Source of the DNA: Macrostomum lignano
Taxonomy: Eukaryota
DNA: 64,000 nucleotides
Assembly: GCA_002269645.1 (NCBI GenBank)
Contig: NIVC01000545.1
Location: 124,001-188,000 of the forward strand
Direction of reading: 5' to 3'
Each line of letters opens with the position of its first letter. Position 1 is the stretch's first letter. Of this stretch, positions 1 through 14,231 are shown piece after piece. The position numbers were made by a program, and so were the translations under genes. The notes beneath the pieces were generated by a model. The model did not search any database. It had not been told where the DNA came from and saw only the letters and a list, made by a program, of their open reading frames with translations.

Positions 1-630
1 ATTCATTCAATCCTCACCCGTTGCCTAACAACAAAAGTACAGAGGGACAACTGCAGAAGCAGTTCTGCAACTCGCCCCAGCATAAAGCTATCAAACCAGA
101 AGGGCAACTGTCCGCCAGCAATCCACCGGGAGAGAACAACCCCAGCTTGGTGATTGGGTTTTGAATTCAAACCAGCTGGCCATTGTGAGTGGCTGGATGC
201 CAATTCTGGATTTGAGTATTCGCTTTCAAAGCCGGGCCTCACTCTCACCTGCTCTAACATTCTACATCATTTACCCATCCTCTCCTCCTCGCCTTTCCCT
301 GTCCTCTTTCTAGGAAAGTTTCCTCCTGTAACCTATTCTTTGCGACTTGCTACTCCTGCCCCTGTCCTCTTGTGCCGGTTGCTAGGGGACACCCGTGTAC
401 AGCAGGGCGTTGCTCAGCCCCTCCCCCACAAGCCATCAAACCAGTTCTCGCGGTTGGTCAGGACGGAAAAGCAGGAAAGACAGAGCTGGGCGCAGCTGTG
501 AGCTTGTAGTTGGATGAGACTTGACTGTTTCTATCTGAGCTCCGGCCCACGTGTGTACAACAGCTCCCCAGCTCTGTCTGTCTGACAACCTAAAATATTT
601 AGAGCATTTTGTGCCGCTGACTGACTACAG

Positions 631-2660
<2,030 letters not shown>

Positions 2661-3115
2661 AAACCCGACATCCCGTGTGTTTCATTTTAGCGGCGGGTGC
2701 AGAAATCTTGGACTTGGATTTTTATGGAACTGAAATTTACCTTGAAGAGATTTAGGGCACGCACTTTTTAAGTAGAAGAAGGCAAAACCCAATCTGCTGA
2801 TGCATCGCCATGTGCTTTGGTTGTCAATCTGATAAGATTTTTTATTCGTCTTTTGAATTAAGCTTCGTCGTAATGGCGCATCCAATCTGCTCGTAAGTGT
2901 ACGAACTGTCACTTAACCAATGCAAATCTACCAGTTCCACTCTTTCAATTTCTAAAGCTCATTCGATGACTCTTACTTCTATGAAGAAATCATGCTTGAT
3001 TGCAGATTTTATCAAATAAATACATCACAGCTATTTTTCATTCACCAACTGCCTCAACGTTAAGCACGATTGAAATTATTTGTGCTTGTTGTTGAGTCAT
3101 TTTAAAGTTTTGGTT

Positions 3116-4408
3116 TTCAGTCTCATGTAGACTTTATCACATTGTTATTCAGTCTCTTGTAGACTTTATCACATTGTTATTCAGTCTCTTGTAGACTTTA
3201 TCACATTGTTATTCAGTCTCATGTAGACTTTATCACATTGTTATTCAGTCTCTTGTAGACTTTATCACATTGTTATTCAGTCTCTTGTAGACTTTATCAC
3301 ATTGTTATTCAGTCTCATGTAGACTTTATCACATTGTTATTCAGTCTCATGTAGACTTTATCACATTGTTATTCAGTCTCTTGTAGACTTTATCACATTG
3401 TTATTCAGTCTCATGTATACTTTATCACATTGTTATTCAGTCTCTTGTAGACTTTATCACATTGTTATTCAGTCTCATGTAGACTTTATCACATTGTTAT
3501 TCAGTCTCTTGTAGACTTTATCACATTGTTATTCAGTCTCATGTAGACTTTATCACATTGGTTTTCAGTCTCATGTAGACTTTATCACAAATTATTATTC
3601 AGTCTCATGTAGACTTTATCACATTGTTATTCAGTCTCATGTAGACTTTATCACATTGTTATTCAGTCTCTTGTAGACTTTATCACATTGTTATTCAGTC
3701 TCTTGTAGACTTTATCACATTGTTATTCAGTCTCATGTAGACTTTATCACATTGTTATTCAGTCTCTTGTAGACTTTATCACATTGTTATTCAGTCTCTT
3801 GTAGACTTTATCACATTGTTATTCAGTCTCATGTAGACTTTATCACATTGTTATTCAGTCTCATGTAGACTTTATCACATTGTTATTCAGTCTCATGTAG
3901 ACTTTATCGCATTGTTATTCAGTCTCATGTAGACTTTATCACATTGTTATTCAGTCTCATGTAGACTTTATCACATTGTTATTCAGTCTCTTGTAGACTT
4001 TATCACATTGTTATTCAGTCTCTTGTAGACTTTATCACATTGTTATTCAGTCTCATGTAGACTTTATCACATTGTTATTCAGTCTCATGTAGACTTTATC
4101 ACATTGTTATTCAGCCTCTTGTAGACTTTATCACATTGTTATTCAGTCTCATGTAGACTTTATCACATTGTTATTCAGTCTCATGTAGACTTTATCACAT
4201 TGTTATTCAGTCTCATGTAGACTTTATCACATTGTTATTCAGTCTCATGTATACTTTATTACATTGTTATTCAGCCTCTTGTAGACTTTATCACATTGTT
4301 ATTCAGTCTCATGTAGACTTTATCACATTGTTATTCAGTCTCATGTAGACTTTATCACATTGTTATTCAGTCTCATGTATACTTTATTACACTGTTATTC
4401 AGTCTCTT
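3116..4408. repeat. 32-bp tandem minisatellite, about 40 copies
   Basis: Unit CAGTCTC(A/T)TGTAGACTTTATCACATTGTTATT, head-to-tail with no spacers. Confidence 0.97.
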
Positions 4409-4776
4409 CAAGAGTTCACTACATTATTAATATTTGATCAATTGAATCGGGTACTGTATCAAAGTCCACAATTTCTAAATCTTTTCGGTATTACGATCGA
4501 GCACATAACTTAATTTTAAAAAGTTGCGAGAGCTAAATTGAATTTGAAAATTAGCCAATTTTATAAAATTTGCCTGGCTACTGGTTTTGCATATACTGCG
4601 CTGCAGGTTATTTTCAATGTCGCATTTCAGTTAGAAAATTCTCCTAGAATTATGGAGGTGAAGTTTTTTTGCTTATACCTTCTAAAGGCCTACGTTAGCT
4701 GACGCACTTTAATAATTAATTTTAATCAGGAACAGCCACTTGCTCAACAAGTTTTGTTTGAAAGCATCGTAGCTAA

Positions 4777-4927
4777 CAGAAGAAGAAGCAGAAGAACAAG
4801 AACAAGAACAAGAAAAACAAGAAGAAGAAGTAGAAGCCGAAAAAGAAGAAGCAGAAGAGCAAGAACAAGAAGAAGCAGAAGAAGAATAACAAGAAGAAAG
4901 AAGATAAAGAAGAGCAGAATAACAGAA
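4777..4927. repeat. GAA/CAA purine-rich low-complexity tract
   Basis: AGAAGAAGC/AAGAAC repeats; a similar tract resumes at about 5116-5145. Confidence 0.85.
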
Positions 4928-5106
4928 CAAGGTCGAGCATGACTGAAACGAGCATCGCATCATTGACTGATGGAAATGCCAGCAATGATGTGATGGTCGG
5001 CAGAGGCAACGGCGCGCTGCAACAGCTGGCCTTCCCGCTGATGACGCAAGACCTAGCCGGAGGCTGCCTGCCTCATCACCTACAGACCGTCTATCGTGAA
5101 TTCATG
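4928..5106 (+). pseudogene. Duplicated fragment of Kelch gene 1 exon 1 (possible alternative first exon)
   Basis: Near-identical to 7231-7409; ATG at 4939 reads MTETSIASLTDGNASNDVMVGRGNG...YREFM, followed by TAG at 5107. Confidence 0.75.
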
Positions 5107-5489
5107 TAGGGCCAGGAGAAGAAGAAGAAGTAGCACAGAAGAAGATCACTTTGATTAATAGAAAGCAGAAACATTATTAGGGACTTTTTAACAAGATTTA
5201 ACAACTGTGGCATTTCAAGCGGAACGAACCCTGGCTCGATCCCACAACCAGCGCTGGGACAGTTCTGCCCATTCTGCTGGCTCCCGAGCACATACACTGT
5301 ACAAGCGCGTGGATACACATGCTCACAAAGGTGCACAGCGGCCTCGACATTAGATCAAAATGATTTGGCAACGAAAACCGATGTAGCTTAGCCACTCAGG
5401 AGACATGAAAACAGCGAGACTTGTCAGAACAGCGTGTCAGCTGCACATTCACAACAGCAGAGTTTTCCTTGGTAATGTTGCTCCAACAG

Positions 5490-6497
5490 TTAGGCAATCA
5501 TCCGGAAGTACTGGCGGATCTCTTCCTCCGACATTTCAGCACTGGCGAAGGCTAGACCTTTCAGGGTGCCTGAGAACATCCAGTTGCTAGGGCTGGCCAC
5601 CCGCATGCCGAAGTACATGCACAGCTTGCTTATGGGGACTTCGCCGTCAGTCTTTAAGATAAGACTTGACTGTGGTAGGAATGAATCATTGTAGAACATG
5701 CCGAACGACCCTCCGCCCCCCGGACTAGCGATGAATGCGAGGTTCAGCCATTCGTCGGGCTGGTCGGACAGAAGACCCTGTGGTGAGAAAACCGTCTTCA
5801 GCAAAGTCCCAGTCAGCTGGCCTGCTCGAACAAAAAACTGCCTTGGAACCTCATACTCCCACACGTGAGCATCATACTGGATGCTGCTTCCCAGGGTGCT
5901 GCAGTCGGTGAACTCAACGAACGGCTGCACCTGCGGCCGCCTCTTGAGCCTCAGCAGCCAGGTGAGGCCGGAGGCGAAGCTGATGCTGGACTTGTTCAGC
6001 ACGGCGAACGCTGTCGAGCCGTCGAACACCGCGCCTTCGCTTCTCCACTCGACACCCGACGGGTGCAAGCGGTTCGTGTCCGCATCGGCCTGGCACACCA
6101 GGTTCTCAAGCCGGCTGGCGCCGCCGGCCAGCCACAGGTTGCTGAGCTTGGCGTTCAGCGATCGGCGGTTGACGGGAAACCGGAGGAACACCGCGCAGCC
6201 GGGCGACTGGCGGGCAGTCAGGTGGCGGCAGACGGACTGGAAGCTGAAGATGGTGCAGACTCGGCTGAGCCGGTCGAACTGCGTCACCAGAGCTCCGGTC
6301 GGGAACTGTTCGTCAGCCAAGATGGCGCAGTGAGTCTCGGAGTTTCCAGTGAGTCGAGCGATTGAGTTCGTCAGGGTGTCGGGAGTGCATAGCGCATTCT
6401 CCTGCCTCCACAGAGACTGTTTGGGTCCAGCCAAGCCTGCTGGCAACTCTACACTGATGCAGACACTGAGCACAGAAAGCAGCAACTTGAACATCAT
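5490..6497 (-). CDS. Intronless secreted protein: signal peptide + Cys-containing PAN/apple-like region + LamG/concanavalin-A-like domain
   Basis: 335-aa ORF; hydrophobic N-terminus MMFKLLLSVLSVCISVELPA; C-terminal half has LamG/pentraxin-like motifs (AVFDGSTAFAVL, LTWLLRLK, EWLNLAF, FSGTLKGLAFASAEMSEEEIRQYF). Confidence 0.75.
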   Translation of the reverse strand: MMFKLLLSVLSVCISVELPAGLAGPKQSLWRQENALCTPDTLTNSIARLTGNSETHCAILADEQFPTGALVTQFDRLSRVCTIFSFQSVCRHLTARQSPGCAVFLRFPVNRRSLNAKLSNLWLAGGASRLENLVCQADADTNRLHPSGVEWRSEGAVFDGSTAFAVLNKSSISFASGLTWLLRLKRRPQVQPFVEFTDCSTLGSSIQYDAHVWEYEVPRQFFVRAGQLTGTLLKTVFSPQGLLSDQPDEWLNLAFIASPGGGGSFGMFYNDSFLPQSSLILKTDGEVPISKLCMYFGMRVASPSNWMFSGTLKGLAFASAEMSEEEIRQYFRMIA

Positions 6498-7241
6498 TTC
6501 TGCAGAAGTTGCTATCCGAAAATCAGAATGTAACTGTCGAACGCAAAATTGGAAGTATTAAATTTGTAGCGATGCAAAGGCAATCATAAGTTAGCTCGTA
6601 GCTATATACCCGCTTCTGGTTCTGGCAATTTCGATTTTGAATGCATTCCCATCACTCAAATTCTTATGGGAGCTTCTCACATCTGTCCTTTCAATTCATT
6701 GTTCAGCAATTCATCGTCTGGAGAGTTGAGGTGCTACAGGTTGCTGCTTCTGGGAGCCAAACAGATGCTCCTTTTTGAAATTTATCGAAAGATACTAAAT
6801 ATTCGCAAATCACTTTTGAAGACATTTTCAAGGACCATTAAAAATGCTTATTATACGTACGCAATCATGAAACATTTTAGCAATGGGGCCACATTCCCGT
6901 CGAAAAACTCGTGCAAATGCCTGGGTTTGAAGAAAAGTTAAGGAAGTATTGAGGAAGGAACCAGAATCTGTGGAGGAGATCATCAAACGGAGAAAGCTCA
7001 AATAGAGGAAGGGGTGCACAAATGGGTGCGCCCGCGGCCATGACAGCTGCGGTAAAAAAGAAGAAGAATAAGCTAAAATTAGCAGCCATGAATCATCATG
7101 GCAGATTACTGATTGCTCACGCGAGTGCGGGCCGTCTATGGGGCGGGCTAAGTTTGAGAGCAAATTCAGAAATTGAGCAGCAGCCGAGCGAGCATGACGG
7201 CAACAGCTTGCTTTTGCACTCGAAAGCTGTCAAGGTCGAGC

Positions 7242-10200
7242 ATGACTGAAACGAGCATCGCATCGTCGACCGATGGGAATGCCAGCAACGATGTCTTGGT
7301 CGGCAGAGGCAACGGCGCGCTGCAACAGCTGGCCTTCCCGCTGATAACGCAAGACCTAGCCGGAGGCTGCCTGCCTCATCACCTACAGACCGCCTATCAT
7401 GAATTCATGGACGGCCACAAGCTGGATTGGATGACCGCCGATCTGTCCTTCCTGAACACGCACTCGATCAACTTCGTGGACTGTCAGGAGACCCGTTCTG
7501 TGAATGCGTTCTCGGTTGGCTTCCACAGCGGCTTCTTCAACTCGCTGTTCAAATACAGCCCGCAGAAGTGAGTTGTTAACTGTGCTGTGGTCAGCCGGGC
7601 ATTAACGGTTTTTCAGCGATATGCAAGCTCACTACAAGAACCAACGCTGAAAATCCAAACAAAACAATCGATGACGTGGTTCCTAAGGAGTTCACGAGCT
7701 CTGTAGTCTGTTTCAGCCTCCGTCAGCACGGTCTGTTCAAACCCATTTCAGCCCCGTGGAGCTCCGGCTGGGGTGGCTCAACTGCCTGTGCGGCAGCATT
7801 TCAACAGCTCTGGCCGGAATCAGCCTACGAAAATGCCGGGTCGCAGTCACCGAAGAAAACTGCCTGTCGCTGTTTCTGGCCTCCGACTTTATTCTTTGCG
7901 AGCCGCTGCGCGCCCAGTGTCTGCGCTTCATCGAACGTCGCTGCTCGGTTGACCCGCAGGCCGCTTTGGGAATCTGGCAGTTCTCTCGGCTGTTGAATCT
8001 GCCAGACCTCACCCAGGTCAGCCTGCGCTGCGTGCTGCGTTCCTTCTCGGAGCTCCGTCTGACTGACAGTTTCCTGCAGTTGGACACGGACGCGTTGATT
8101 GCCATTCTGAGTCACAAGCTGCTCAACTGTGCGTCGGAGCTACAGGTTGGTTGGTCGATTGGAATTTCGGTTAGTTTGGAAGTGCATTTGGGATACTCGT
8201 ATTTGAGTATCCTGCGTGTCTCCGTGATTGACACACAACAGCTCAGTGAGCTCTAAATGGAGTCACCCTGCAGAGCACCTAGAGTTTCTCCATGAGGTCC
8301 AGCTGAAGTTGAAGAGAGGTGCTACAGGTACTGGTAGCTCTTACGCTAGACATTTCCATGCGATGCATCTCTCTAATACGTAGACAAGAAAGCACACCAA
8401 TTGTAAGCAAGCATTCCTATTACTGTTGTTAACAGAAGGCCAGCTCCAACGCTTTGCAGGTGCTGCAGACGATCAGCCAGTGGCTGAAGCGGCAGCCGGA
8501 GGACCAGCCGCAGGAGCAGCGGAAGCAGCAGATCGAGCGGCTTCTCTGCTGTGTTCGCTTCGGCCATATGGAGTCTGACGAGTTCGAGGCGGCGCTGCAG
8601 GAGCCGCTGATCACCGGCAACCAGGAGTTTCTCGACTTCGTGCGGATTTTCCCGCTGTCGAGCTCCTTCAGCGACAGGCACCAGGCTGAGCTGGCCAAGT
8701 CCAAGCCGCCTCGCTGGCCTCATCAGGTACTAGTTGGTCCATTGTTGCAGTACATCAATTTTCTCTACTGTACGCAGGTACTCACTCATACACACGCTCA
8801 CAAAAATTGTACAGCGGCCCTGACTTTCTAATTATCAGGCATGTACACTCTCTGTGCCTTGGTGGTTGGCCCTCATGGGTGTTGGGTGTTTCTAATTATC
8901 AGGCATGTACACTCTCTGTGCCTTGGTGGTTGGCCCTCATGGGTGTTGGGTGTTTCTAATTATCAGGCATGTACACTCTCTGTGCCTTGGTGGTTGGCCC
9001 TCATGGGTGTTGGGTGTTTCTAATTATCAGGCATGTACACTCTCTGTGCCTTGGTGGTTGGCCCTCATGGATGTGACCGGGCGACCGACAACCCCTGTTC
9101 ACTGTCCAATTTGGTGCAGAAGCCTCAGGTTATTGTGGCCGCGCAAGGAATTGAACCAAGGGGGTCGTGAGGCGAGAGGCTCAGACCCGTTTATCGCTGG
9201 GCTGCTCTTCTCATTTCACTTACATGTACATGTATATTTTAATCTATCGACGGTCGTTGAATTGATTCCTGCAACAAAATCCAGCGCAGATGTTCAGTGA
9301 AGTTTGATAATTAGGATAACTAGAGGTCACGTTGTGCAAACCGACTCGTGCGTGCAGGTGCTGCTTCTACTCGGCGGCTGGTATCGTCGACACGGACCGA
9401 CGGCCTTCTGCCAGGTGTACGACCCCCGCGCCGACGTATGGGACCTCCGCTCGCCGGATGCAGCCCAGCGCCACCAGGTTGGCTGGCTTGACGAACGCTC
9501 GCACGCCTGCTGCGCTCTGCTCGGCGACGTTGTTCATTTTGTCGGCGGTTACAGCGGCGCTGAGGCGCTCAAGTCGGTGCTGTGCTTCGACAGGCGACGC
9601 CCGCACCTTGGTTGGTACGAAGGCTCCTGCATGCTTCAGGCAAGGTGAATTGTGAGAAATCTTGAAGGGCATTTTCTAGTGAGACTGCGTTTCGCCAAGG
9701 TACCCCAGGTAACCCTAGTACGCGTCATAAAGTGAGTAAAGAGCGCTGTTGTCCTTTAGACACCTATTTTACTATTCTAGTAAGTTTAATTTTTGATGCT
9801 TTAGGCCAACTCTGCTTTCCAATTTCCCCAGGTACTACCACTGCTGCGCCGCACTGGACAACTACCTCTACAGCATCGGTGGGCAGACTGCCGAGCGTCG
9901 GCTCATCCACGTCGAGCGAATGCGAAGTAACGACAACAGCTGGGTGGCCATCGAGCCGCTGCGACGGCCGCGCTGCGAGGCGGCCGTTGTCGCCCTCGCC
10001 GACCGTCTGCTCGTAGTCGGCGGCTTCGACGGTCGGGCGCACCTGGACACTGCCGAGACCTTCTGCCCAGCTGCCGGCGAGTGGACTCTGCTGAACGGCT
10101 TTTTAAACTCGCCGCGCACCGGCCTCGGCCTGGTGCTCAGTCCGGACGGCCGAGGCGGCGTCTTCGCCGTGTGCGGCCGCAACTCGGCCGGCTGGCTGCG

Positions 10201-10772
10201 TACAGTCGAGAGCTGGCTGGGCGAGTCAAAAGGATGGCGGCTGCACTGCGAGGTCCTCGCCTCCTGCATGCAGTTTTGGGATGGGCAGGCGGTACACGTA
10301 GCGCCACTCTGAGGGTCTTGTTAGCTGGGGCAAAATGACACAGAAGCTTTGCGCTAGCATTCCGTCTCTCCCGAAATTTGCACTCTGACCCCTGGCAACT
10401 TACCCACTATTACTCTAGCGAGTTTTCAAAGCCCGACCCTCCCGTCCGCAGATGAGCCGGCCGCGCAGCAACTTTGGCTGCTGCATCCTGGACGGCCGTA
10501 TCTTCCTCCTGGGCGGCATCTGCGGCCCCAGCGAGAAGGAGATCATGGCCTCAGTAGAGTGGCTTGAGCCGGGCACCAAACGAATGGGCACGGCCCACGC
10601 CATGCCCTTCCCAGCCTCCGGTCTGACCACCTGCGTCCTGGACCTGCTGGACTACTCGGAGGAGCTGGCTAGGCAGCGTCGGCGAAAGTCCAGCAGCCCG
10701 GACGGCTTCTGCCCTGCGCCGATGCGGCTGCTGACTGATGAAGACTCCGACGAGCTTCCGGACGATGGCTGA
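7242..10772 (+). CDS. KLHL10: BTB-BACK-Kelch protein, KLHL10-like (predicted exons 7242-7567, ~7707-8145, 8460-8726, 9358-9644, 9832-10252, 10452-10772)
   Basis: BTB/BACK motifs (VTEENCLSLFLASDFILCEPLRAQC, LNCASELQVLQTISQW, LLCCVRF) and six Kelch blades with GG...W. PHQVLLLLGGW...YDPRADVW, PRSNFG and AHAM...TTCV..L..Y.EE match KLHL10 as I recall it. Splice phases are consistent; orthology not tested. Confidence 0.85.
8826..9070. repeat. 64-bp tandem repeat, about 3.8 copies, in Kelch gene 1 intron 3
   Basis: GGCATGTACACTCTC recurs with its ATG at 8841, 8905, 8969 and 9033. Confidence 0.95.
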
Positions 10773-10996
10773 CCGACCGTCATTTAGCAGCTCTCATTTT
10801 CTGAAAATTTCCAGTGAATGCCTGTTCTATGCAAGCCTTGCTATCGTTTTTATTAAAAGTACTTTGTAAAACAGCGACTGTGGCACAGATTATATGGGGA
10901 AAATACATTGCAGAAACTAGTTCGAAAAGTTTTGAGCCATTGCTAATGCATTACCGATATAAATAAAATACTCCGATTGGTGTCGGTTGTAAATAC

Positions 10997-11275
10997 AATA
11001 GCAGTAGAGGATAGCACAACTTGCCGCAAGGAAAACCGCGGAAATTCCGTGGGTCCGCCGTGAGAGTACATATCGGGCGTGTGTGATTACATGTACATAG
11101 GGGTAGAGCTCCGCGGGAATTCCGTGGGTCCGCCGTGAGAGTACAATATAGGGCGTGTGTGATTACATGTACATAGGGGTAGAGCTCCGCGGGAATTGCG
11201 TGGGCCCGCCGTGAGAATACATATAGGGCGTACATGTACATAGGGGTAGAGCTCCGCGGGAATTCCGTGGACCGC
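10997..11275 (+). repeat. Dispersed ~60-bp repeat head followed by ~70-76 bp tandem units
   Basis: AGCAGTAGAGGATAGCACAAC...CCGCGGAAATTCCGTGG also occurs at 13331-13388 (+) and 19028-19086 (-); GAGCTCCGCGGGAATT units at 11106, 11182 and 11249. Confidence 0.75.
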
Positions 11276-11490
11276 GAAGTAAAAATTGTAACTGGTATCC
11301 AAATTTTAGCATTTGTCTCAATGCGTCAATGAATTCCTCGTTGAATTATATGCAGAAACACTTGATCTTGGCATTTTTATTTCTCGATAAGAAATCATGT
11401 ATCTCAGTTCTATTTTATTCAAAGAAATTAAAAAGTTTGGTTTTGGTAATTAGAAAGAAAGCATTATTTACAGATGGCTAAATATATCGA

Positions 11491-12604
11491 TTAACAGTAG
11501 AAAGACCATGGGGGTGTATTTCAAATACACACATTTTCCTTTGTCTGTATTTCCGAAAATATTCAAACAATTGCCATGAAAATCCCGAACACAGGCTAAA
11601 ATGTTTCCACTCTATTTGATAAAGCAACTTCGAGAATCACAAAAAATCGGCATCGTCGAGATATTCAACGATTCTCCTCGGGGTGTCCGGTGGCAAAAAG
11701 CACCAACATTAGCAATTTTTTCTGCTCCAAAATCTCATTATTAAACCACGTCGGCTCAAGAAACTATGCATGTCAGTCATAGAGGCCTTTGTTCTCAGCA
11801 TCCCAGACACTAGGGTCTCCTTCATCACCGTCTGGAGCATCGGCGGCGACCGTCGGGACCTTCAACAAAAGCACCCGATCGGCATCTCAGAGAAGGCTGC
11901 GTTCCCAAAACTGAAATGGAAGAATCCTCTTCTGCATGCAGCATTCAGTCAGTAGACACAATCGGTGAATGAAATGGACGATGGCGACCCTCTAGGCTGA
12001 CCTGTAGACATACGGACGACCTTCGGGACCTTCAACGGAGTGCCACCACACGGCCCCGACGAGCTGGCACCACCAACATCGTGATTTTTCTATCAAGGCA
12101 CCAAACCAGGCATGTCTGCATATTATACAATGGTCCTGCACCATGTTCAGCATTCTTCCATTTCAGTTTTGGGAACGCAGCCGTCTCTGAGATGTCGATC
12201 GGGTGCTTTTGTTGAAGGTCCCGACGGTCGCCGCCGATGCTCCAGACGTTGATGAAGGGGACCCTGGTGCCTAGAAAGCTGAGAAGAAAGGCCTCTACGA
12301 CAGATGGACCCAGATTATTGAGCCAATATGGATTCACCATAAAGGTTTATACAGTGTAGTGTTGGTTGTCCTTGCCACCAGTGTCTTCAACAAGAATCGT
12401 TGAATATCTCGACGATGCTGACGTCGGATGACTTTGAAAGTTAGTTCGTCGAAAAGGGGGGGGGGAATTTTGATCCAAATTGTGGACTTTTACGAAAATC
12501 GGTTATTTGGTTTGCGAGCTATGGTGAAATTGGTTGTGTGTATTTGTAATACACCCCCTGGTCTTTCCCCATGGAGAAAAATAGCGTGGTCTTTCTACTG
12601 TTAA
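11491..12604. mobile_element. ~1.1-kb foldback/MITE-like element with long segmented inverted repeats
   Basis: TTAACAGTAGAAAGACCA at the left versus TGGTCTTTCTACTGTTAA at the right; further inverted segments at ~11650-11705/12365-12420 and ~11770-11927/12150-12305. Confidence 0.8.
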
Positions 12605-13522
12605 ACGATGTTTTAAATACGAATATAGTTGCCTAGCATCTCTCACCCTTTTCTGTGGGTGGTGGCTGCGTTGCTAAATGGAATTTTTTGCTGAATAATA
12701 ATCAGTTTTATGTTCCCCGATACTCTTGGCAGCCAATGACTTCTCAAGTAGAAGGACGGGAAACTATACGTTTCTTGGAAAATTCTAGGAAGCCGGTTTT
12801 ACCGAAAAAAATTCGGAGACAGGAGATTTTCATTTTCATCGTAGGATGTTGAGCTTCATCGTGCTCATAGTTTAGAGCTTTTACACATTTTCGTTTCATA
12901 TTTATATTCCTGTTTGCAGTATTGCGAAGTGAGCACATTTCCTAGTACCTAAGGTAGTTTGAAAAAAACAAATAAAAAATCGTTTTGAATTGATGTTGAA
13001 TGTTGGCTTCGGCATGCAAGATTCGTCACCCAGTTCTTCTTGGGAGCAAGTGAGTCTGGCACAAAATAATATATACTTTTGTTATTCTTAAATGCAGAAT
13101 ATTCTTGTGAAATTTTTATTTTTATTTGACTGGGTATTGAATGAAGCGAGTACTGCTTCGCGCACCCAACTTTTATTCTGTACACAGCGATCTGGATTCT
13201 TGGGAATCCAGAGACAAATTTATTGTTACAAATTTAAGTGGATAGTTTTGATCAGACATTCAATGCTATTGTCGTCGTATCGTTATTCACTTTCTCATCT
13301 CTCGAAATTCATTCGTTATCTCGTTGGTCAACAGTAGTAGAGGATGCACAACTGCCACAGGGAAAGCCGCGGAAATACCGTGGACCCCGTAGGCAGATAA
13401 TTAACGATAACCAACATGGCGAACTTTCAACTAGGCGTATTTTACTCGTAATACACTAGCCCAAACCCTAAAACTATTACGTGAAACCTAAACCTAACTT
13501 TAAAACCTCACCCTAAACTTAA

Positions 13523-13813
13523 GGGGTTGTGGCCAAGTAGTAAGAGCGCTGGACTCACGACTTGAAGGTTGGGGGTTCGATTACCGATCTCACTGGAACA
13601 ATTTGTGTCTTTGAGCAAGACACTTGACTCTGCCTGTATTGCTTCAGTTCACCCAGCTGTAAAATTCAGCCGTGTGTGGCGACACCCAGTTCTTGGACTG
13701 AACAGCCGTACGCAGCCTTCAGATGCGCCACTCAATAGCTGCAGCTGAGCTGTCGGTTGCACATCTGCCTATTGGGGCAGGTGTAATCAATTATTATTAT
13801 TATTATTATTATT
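13523..13813 (+). mobile_element. tRNA-derived SINE
   Basis: A-box-like TGGCCAAGTAGTAAG, B-box GGTTCGATTAC, central GTGTCTTTGAGCAAGACACTT...TTGCTTCAGTTCACCCAGCTGTAAA resembling conserved V/Meta-type SINE domains (recalled, not searched), and an (ATT)n tail. Confidence 0.8.
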
Positions 13814-13992
13814 AGTACTAAACTAAAACTAAGATGCTTAAGATGCCAGGCATCTTTTGCGCCACTCAATAGCTGCAGCTGAGCTGTCGGTTGCACATCT
13901 GCCTATTGGGGCAGGTGTAATCAATTAATATTATTATTATTATTATTAGTACTAAACTAAAACTAAGATGCTTAAGATGCCAGGCATCTTTT
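13725..13992 (+). repeat. 134-bp tandem duplication of the SINE 3' end plus flank
   Basis: GCGCCACTCAATAGC...(ATT)n...CAGGCATCTTTT occurs at 13725-13858 and again from 13859. Confidence 0.92.
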
Positions 13993-14231
13993 GCTTATTT
14001 CTCTAGTTACAGTAATTTTGCTCAATGAAAACTTGCTTTTAACATTTGCAACTCACAGTGCAGGTTCTAATTAAGCTACTGGTATTTTATGAGTGCTAAA
14101 AAATCTCTACAGCTGGTGCAATATGCATTTTCATAGCGAAATTATAACACTTAGTTTCGTCTGGCAGCGAGACTATAAATATTTAACTCTGTTTTAATTT
14201 GCCCTTTTTCACAGTTTTTTATTTACAATAT

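Noticed and set aside
3116-4408. 32-bp repeat array of CRISPR-like unit length
   Set aside because: Units are head-to-tail with no unique spacers, there are no cas genes, and the context is eukaryotic. The same applies to the 49-, 54- and 55-bp arrays.
5865-6365. Plus-strand ORFs overlapping the LamG gene, and similar antisense ORFs over the GPCR, WSC exons and mariner
   Set aside because: They are shadow ORFs of GC-rich coding sequence with no domain signal.
13523-13590. tRNA gene
   Set aside because: A and B boxes are present, but the cloverleaf is poor and it runs into a SINE body and (ATT)n tail.
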